Shown here piece by piece: positions 60,901-64,000 of a stretch of 64,000 nucleotides of DNA (position 1 is the first letter of the stretch; every line of letters starts with the position of its first letter). The notes under the pieces are model-generated. The model ran no database searches. It was not told the origin of the DNA and worked only from the letters and a program-made list of their open reading frames with translations. Where the stretch lies: positions 2,108,001 to 2,172,000 of the forward strand of contig JAYWIR010000030.1 of the NCBI GenBank assembly GCA_036172245.1, given 5' to 3'. Origin of the DNA: Raillietiella orientalis (taxonomy: Eukaryota). The position numbers and the translations under genes were made by a program.

Positions 60901-63321
60901 TGTTCTACTAGTGAAAATATTTGTAAGGGATTCAAAGTTTGTGAAGTTCGTAATCACGAGCCAATTTGTGTCTGCAAATATGGGTTTCGAATTAGCAGCT
61001 ATGGAGAACTTGTCTGTTCCACATACAAGGCGGCATGCCACTCTGATATGGAATGCTTGAATGACCAGATTTGCATGGACTATCAATGTATTAATCCCTG
61101 CATTTTGCAAGATCATTGTGATCATGATAGGCACTGTGAAGTTATAGATCATAAAATGTTTTGTATTGATAAAAAAGAATGTGCACCTGATGTTGGGATT
61201 TGTCTGAGAGATGCTGGATGCCCAGAAAATTTAGCTTGTCTCCAATATGAGTGCAAAGATCCATGTTTAAATTTTACATGTCCTTTTGGGTATCCTTGTG
61301 TTGTTCAGAATCATCGAGCTCAATGTAAGTTTTGTCCAGAAGGTTATCAACTAGATGAGCTTCATGGCTGTACTCGAGGTACGCACCAACAATGTTATCA
61401 AGGCTAATAAGGTGGAGGATTATAATTTGTATGATAATATCTACCTGCATTTTTGATCTAAATTAAAGCTTTTTAATTACTAACCCATACTTTCATATTT
61501 ATGAAATATTAACCTAAAATTATTTAAACTATTCTAAATGATTCAGAATTTCTAAAATATGTGCACCTCTATGGTGACATGAATTTCACATTGAAATATC
61601 CTCCATGACTGCTCACCTACGTATTAGCACTAATTCTTCAATAGTAAATCAAAATTAAATTCAAATTAAGCATGTAATTAAATTAAAAACTGATTTAAAT
61701 TTCGAGTTTAAATGTACATCAAGTTAGAAGTTTAATCTGCATTCTTAGAAGAAAAGGAATCAATTTCATAATCTGAAGTTAGTTCAGGAATTGAAGCTGG
61801 CTCATTTATCCAAGAAAGATTCGAGTTTGAGATATTATCAAGATCATGCTTAAAAAAATATACGTGCATAAACATGTATATTTGCTTATATCTGCTCGCA
61901 ATTCCTTTTAATGATTTCATTACAGAAAGTCATTTAAAGGAAACATTCATGTCAGCTCAGTTTATTCACATAACTGTAATTGAATAATGTGGTTTGTCCA
62001 TTGTGTAGGTTTCAGATTTTGTGGTAAAGTAACGAAAATTTTTTTTAGTTTTTTAGTGTAACCTGTTTTAATAAATGATTTCATAATTTCTAAATATGGA
62101 ATAAATTTGTGAATGTTTTTCAGATACTGGATTGATAGATTCTTGTGAAAGAGGATGCCCTGTGGGCCATGCATGCATAGAGAGACAATGCATTTTTCAA
62201 GGTATCAAGTAAAATTTATTAATAAATAATGGTTTTACGAAATTTCTAATAAAAAAAATTCTCATAGAATTTCCAGTTCTGTTTCATCAAAAGAAAAATT
62301 TTTTGTCTTTTATGTAGGAGTGTGTCATTACAATGAAGACTGCCCTTCAGGATATCTGTGTGATAGATTGAATCGAATTTGCAAACAAGTGTGTGATGTA
62401 CAGAAATGTGGAGCAAATGCAGTCTGTCATGCAGAGTCACATGAAAGTCAATGTCTTTGTAATAAAGGATATACAGGAGATCCATATGTTGATTGTTCAC
62501 TTGGTATAAATCGCTGTTTCTCTCAATAATTGTGGAAATTTCTTTTTGTTTTAGTTGTTGGATGTTTTTCCAATATGGAATGTCCAGATCATCTGGCATG
62601 TGTAAATGGAGAATGTCAGACTCCTTGCCATTGTGGCTTAAATGCCATTTGTGAAGCTCAAAATCATCGAGGTATTTGCAAATGTCAGAGTGGTTATCAA
62701 GGGAATCCGTTGACTTCTTGTGTACAAAGTAAGCAGACTCCTGTTCTCTGTAGTTTTCCTAAGATGATATTAGGTCGAAGAGATCCTTGTGTTCCTAATC
62801 CTTGTGGTAAAAATGCCAACTGTGAAAATAGTGAAGGCAATCCTATATGCAGTTGTCCTAAAGGAATGACAGGAAATCCTTATGAAAAATGCAGTAAGAA
62901 TATGGCATTGTATAGCTGAGTTAACATAGTATGTGTCTTTTAGTTCCAGAAGGATCTATGTGTGATGCAAATCAGTGCGGGGAAAATTCTGGCTGCCAAG
63001 TAATAGATCAACAGATTACTTGTTTTTGCCTACCAAATTTTATTGGTAATCCACCACTTGTGCCTTGCACAGTCCCAGCTACAGTTTGTGAGCCCAAGTC
63101 ATGTGGGCCTAACACTAACTGTCATATTGTTAATGGGTATGCTCGATGCACATGCAAATCGGGTTATGTGGAAAATCCTAACACTATTGCTGGTTGCATA
63201 AAGCATCAAAATCCTTGTGATTTAAAACCATGTGGACCTGCAGCTATTTGTGATCCTGAAAGAACACCAGTGTGCTATTGCCCAGGAGGATATGAAGGCA
63301 ACCCATTTGAATCTTGTCAAG
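6925..63321 (+). CDS. dpy: Dumpy ortholog (giant EGF-CA/DPY-module apical ECM protein), 63 coding exons in window, 3'-incomplete
   Basis: The spliced translation begins MTSRRDVRRTAAFNMLFHFILLNVLKVSVAQKPEVPNVKREIFFLNLEDGYFGCQVNESSEVLQLFELSKLCDGSPQCFLGSDEIVEELKCT. This closely matches the Drosophila Dumpy N-terminus as I recall it (EVFYLNLENGYFGCQVNESTEYLQLFNLSKLCDG..CFLGADE..ELKCT). It is followed by D-[IV]-[DN]-E-C EGF-CA repeats and DPY modules in the fly order. All 62 internal introns are GT-AG and phases match; the exon sum of 12,109 nt ends in phase 1. No ZP or transmembrane domain is reached in the window. Confidence 0.96.
7230..7425 (-). repeat. Dispersed repeat copy A in intron 1 (probable RT core relic); inverted partner at about 8790-8985
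   Basis: ggtcctgccgcagctgccggaggtcgactctcggttcggcgggag aligns with the reverse complement of copy B (ggtcctgcaacagctaccggaagtagactctcggctcatcgggag); similarity extends about 200 nt. Confidence 0.75.
8790..8985 (+). repeat. Dispersed repeat copy B in intron 1 (probable RT core relic)
   Basis: Inverted homolog of 7230-7425. The + frame reads SQDSSLLPLLLSFL...QPLFAASSI, resembling QG--LSPLLF...LFADD. Confidence 0.7.
10922..10983 (+). CDS. dpy: dumpy exon 2, signal-peptide core (DVRRTAAFNMLFHFILLNVLK)
   Basis: Long poly-T tract and ccag acceptor, AAG|gtaagc donor, hydrophobic h-region; phase 0 join to exon 3 (VSVA|Q). Confidence 0.8.
11986..12016. repeat. (TG)15 microsatellite
   Basis: Read directly. 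Confidence 0.97.
13750..14080 (-). mobile_element. Decayed LINE AP-endonuclease fragment
   Basis: MAREIQRRVGRCTRMLDKEGLGEERVKN resembles MGDFNARVG...G--GLGE-N-NG. Confidence 0.35.
14540..15660 (+). mobile_element. Decayed hAT-superfamily transposase relic in intron 2
   Basis: Eroded motifs in hAT order: QWKIQ..KV and IIVTVKGA (W-I..IVTDN-A), GHCLPSRLKYVKETI (C-AH-L-L-V), SRNSVVAANRF, RRWNSLDE (TRWNS), KRFQEH*KVRVRILDKPT (FP-L---A--IL--P-TS). Several stops and frameshifts; no TIRs identified. Confidence 0.45.
18216..18231. repeat. G16 homopolymer
   Basis: Read directly. Confidence 0.9.
21330..21660 (-). mobile_element. Decayed RTE-like AP-endonuclease C-terminal fragment
   Basis: RNDREVCLLC..LSIRNTGF..KQLMVTYHI..DGDLPTDHH resembles RN-NG--LL-FC..L-I-NTFF..QIDYI..D--SDH. 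Confidence 0.5.
23764..24729 (+). CDS. dpy: dumpy exons 3-5 (23764-23962, 24056-24160, 24613-24729): conserved N-terminal domain, first EGF and first EGF-CA
   Basis: FFLNLEDGYFGCQVNES...KCT / NSCPYTQGTECQHGVCLQSECHCNDGYGGCGCSVP / DENECKYRPCDVFSRCTNTLGSFYCTCLPGYQGDGFQCK; canonical splice sites. Confidence 0.95.
26295..26426 (+). CDS. dpy: dumpy exon 6, EGF-CA
   Basis: DIDECQDPEFRSQCAENAECCNVPAHFVCKCKPGFTGDGWTACK, including the distinctive ECCN.PAHF motif. Confidence 0.95.
27641..27756 (+). CDS. dpy: dumpy exon 7, EGF-CA (not in the ORF track)
   Basis: Pyrimidine tract and accag acceptor; DINECLDENACGQGAYCHNYQGNYSCTCPPGFEGDPFSQ; donor gttggt. Confidence 0.9.
30224..30473 (+). CDS. dpy: dumpy exon 8, two EGF-CA
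   Basis: CVDVNECDRIASCGKNSMC...ECFDVDECLSDPCTENATC...EECS; tttttag acceptor and gtaaga donor. Confidence 0.93.
32339..33636 (+). CDS. dpy: dumpy exons 9-13 (32339-32472, 32526-32640, 32699-32821, 33333-33455, 33508-33636)
   Basis: DLNECTALDQPCGKSAIC...ACEQ / VDVNVICGSNFDCTNNAQC... / DVNECEASSCGPNALC / IPCETISCGLHATC / DIDECKSSKGSIC; phases consistent. Confidence 0.93.
33927..33993. repeat. (AC)25 microsatellite followed by (ATGT)4
   Basis: Read directly. Confidence 0.97.
36075..36308 (+). CDS. dpy: dumpy exon 14 (EGF-CA + DPY; not in the + strand ORF track)
   Basis: DIDECQSPYQCGSGAICLNTEGSFTCACPKETIPDPTPFISCMPIIVCDSDRDCPGNAMCDYSGMCVCPEPNVGDSCR; ccag acceptor and gtaagt donor. Confidence 0.93.
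38423..39595 (+). CDS. dpy: dumpy exons 15-19 (38423-38622, 38778-38964, 39026-39157, 39210-39395, 39459-39595)
   Basis: EGF, EGF-CA and DPY modules (HPCEDISC, DVDECREPGIKTLCGLNAIC, RVSYCLC, GDAYNGVC); phases consistent. Confidence 0.92.
41808..42781 (+). CDS. dpy: dumpy exons 20-23 (41808-41922, 41979-42209, 42262-42468, 42624-42781)
   Basis: PGECVCPPPFF..D.NKCKSPCERFICGLNSKCTPSEPPQCMC and GNPFPGGSC, both recalled as highly conserved Dumpy segments. Confidence 0.94.
43633..45667 (+). CDS. dpy: dumpy exons 24-30 (43633-43768, 44087-44326, 44378-44573, 44663-44802, 44864-45069, 45121-45331, 45379-45667)
   Basis: Continuous EGF/DPY translation (SCISGSCREKCFGVICGKGAFC, CSPECGSNAHCEY, DACRKYQCGPNAIC, LPECLADKDC); phases consistent. 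Confidence 0.9.
46080..47126 (+). CDS. dpy: dumpy exons 31-34 (46080-46216, 46266-46568, 46624-46887, 46938-47126)
   Basis: CGPGAACVANNHEAKCQCPPG, CIYNSDCPDHQACNRLDYTCYDVC, CLEGHCVMGCRSSEDC. Confidence 0.92.
49200..49420 (-). mobile_element. Decayed RTE-like post-RT fragment; similar relics near 28430-28550 (+), 40670-40900 (-), 51230-51430 (-) and 53200-53470 (+)
   Basis: LVLGISITATRITRSELSQARISCERKA resembles YLG--I......EI--RI--A-KA. Confidence 0.4.
50011..50422 (+). CDS. dpy: dumpy exons 35-36 (50011-50223, 50277-50422)
   Basis: DPCLKPETCGYNTHCEVESHVIQCFC...; ADCAVFEKCESGLCTQICYADNNCLQKHIC... Confidence 0.9.
52010..53020 (+). CDS. dpy: dumpy exons 37-40 (52010-52193, 52282-52566, 52611-52764, 52811-53020)
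   Basis: DENECTSLPCHPSAAC, GCIKVECLQDTDC, CGKGSCIVSNH, LIGDPYGQGCQEPNRC. Confidence 0.92.
55823..61378 (+). CDS. dpy: dumpy exons 41-58 (55823-56130, 56212-56408, 56612-56816, 56865-57051, 57097-57341, 57391-57459, 57547-57732, 57792-57923, 57968-58474, 58524-58725, 58771-58946, 58992-59184, 59368-59458, 59535-59741, 59786-59969, 60013-60261, 60309-60446, 60593-61378)
   Basis: Dense DPY/EGF array ending in YGELVC...ICLRDAGCP...CKFCPEGYQLDELHGCTR; all junctions GT-AG and in phase. Confidence 0.92.
62124..63321 (+). CDS. dpy: dumpy exons 59-63 (62124-62201, 62318-62503, 62555-62728, 62774-62893, 62944-63321)
   Basis: VCHYNEDCPSGYLCDRLNRIC, PCHCGLNAICEAQNHRGICKC, DPCVPNPCGKNANC..GNPIC.CPKGMTGNP, ENPNTIAGC; last donor G|gttagt at 63322. 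Confidence 0.92.
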
Positions 63322-64000
63322 GTTAGTTAAGAAAGTTGTTTCATACTCTCATTTGAGATGGTATACATGTTGAATTCTTGATCAACCTTGTGTGTTCAAA
63401 ATCAAAATGGTTTGTTTATTAATATTATTTTTCCTTAGTATATGACATTCAAGTAATGGCCATATGTTCAGAATTATTAAAAGATTCGGATTTAGATTTA
63501 TTTCTATAAAGCTCAAAGCAGATGAAAAAACATTTTGAAAAACGCAAAATATTAAAGGAAACATTTTGAATTTTTATAATGTCATGCTATGGATATCAAA
63601 TTCCTCATGTTATTTGTTTAATTACAGACAAAATGATTTGAAGTACCACATAGATTTCCTGACATTATAGACCTAGTGTTTCACTATAACATTGAACAAT
63701 TCTGTTGTACTAATAATTTTTTCGGTTTTTAAATATGCACGCTCGATAAAATTTTAGATTGATTTCACTTTTGACCTATGTGGGGGGATGACTTTTTCCA
63801 TGCATTTTATTTTTGTGATTTTGATCATAAACATGAAACTTTAAATCACGTACAGATTCCACAATCAGATTGCTAAAATTGTTATTTATAAGGAATTTAC
63901 TCAGTGGATTAATAGCATTTGATATTTCTCATCAGTTTTTATGTTTTGATAAATGAAGTCTACGAACTAAAAACCAATCGTGTAGCAAGGTCTATTGTTT

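Noticed and set aside
61732..61850. Minus-strand acceptor-like site followed by HDLDNISNSNLSW...NAD*, a possible nested antisense exon
   Set aside because: I could not link it to a coherent upstream exon and recognised no homology. Stranded RNA-seq would settle it.
36065..62599. Many minus-strand ORFs overlapping dumpy exons (e.g. 36065-36460, 44486-45106, 46262-46666)
   Set aside because: Antisense shadows of Cys-rich coding exons with no independent gene structure.
1..64000. Prokaryotic systems (CRISPR array, operons, defence or phage genes) and alternative calls such as fibrillin, Notch or tenascin
   Set aside because: Spliceosomal exon-intron structure throughout and no repeat-spacer array. 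No 8-Cys TB, LNR, ankyrin or FN3 domains were seen, whereas the Dumpy-type N-terminus and DPY modules are present.

Overview
This is eukaryotic DNA, most likely from an arthropod, not a prokaryote. One + strand gene dominates the window: the 5' part of a dumpy (dp/dpy) ortholog, the giant apical extracellular matrix protein built from calcium-binding EGF and 4-Cys DPY modules. I traced by hand 63 GT-AG coding exons from an ATG at 6925 to 63321. They are phase-consistent, total 12,109 nt (about 4,036 codons), and the gene continues past the window. A GC-rich promoter has an exactly spaced Inr (TCAGTT, +1 at 6480) and DPE (AGACG, +28), GAGA tracts and a 23-codon uORF. The upstream region and large introns hold many heavily decayed non-LTR (RTE-like) retrotransposon pieces and one probable hAT relic. 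Main points of interest: (i) the Ser/Thr-rich PIGS-FEAST block of fly Dumpy appears absent and is replaced by one 78-nt exon; (ii) composition shifts sharply inside the gene from GC/CpG-rich to AT-rich and CpG-poor; (iii) 32 of 62 introns are only 43-63 nt, several with weak splice signals and four in-frame and stop-free. Comparisons with Drosophila Dumpy and TE motifs are from memory, not from searches. I found no clearly new multi-gene system.
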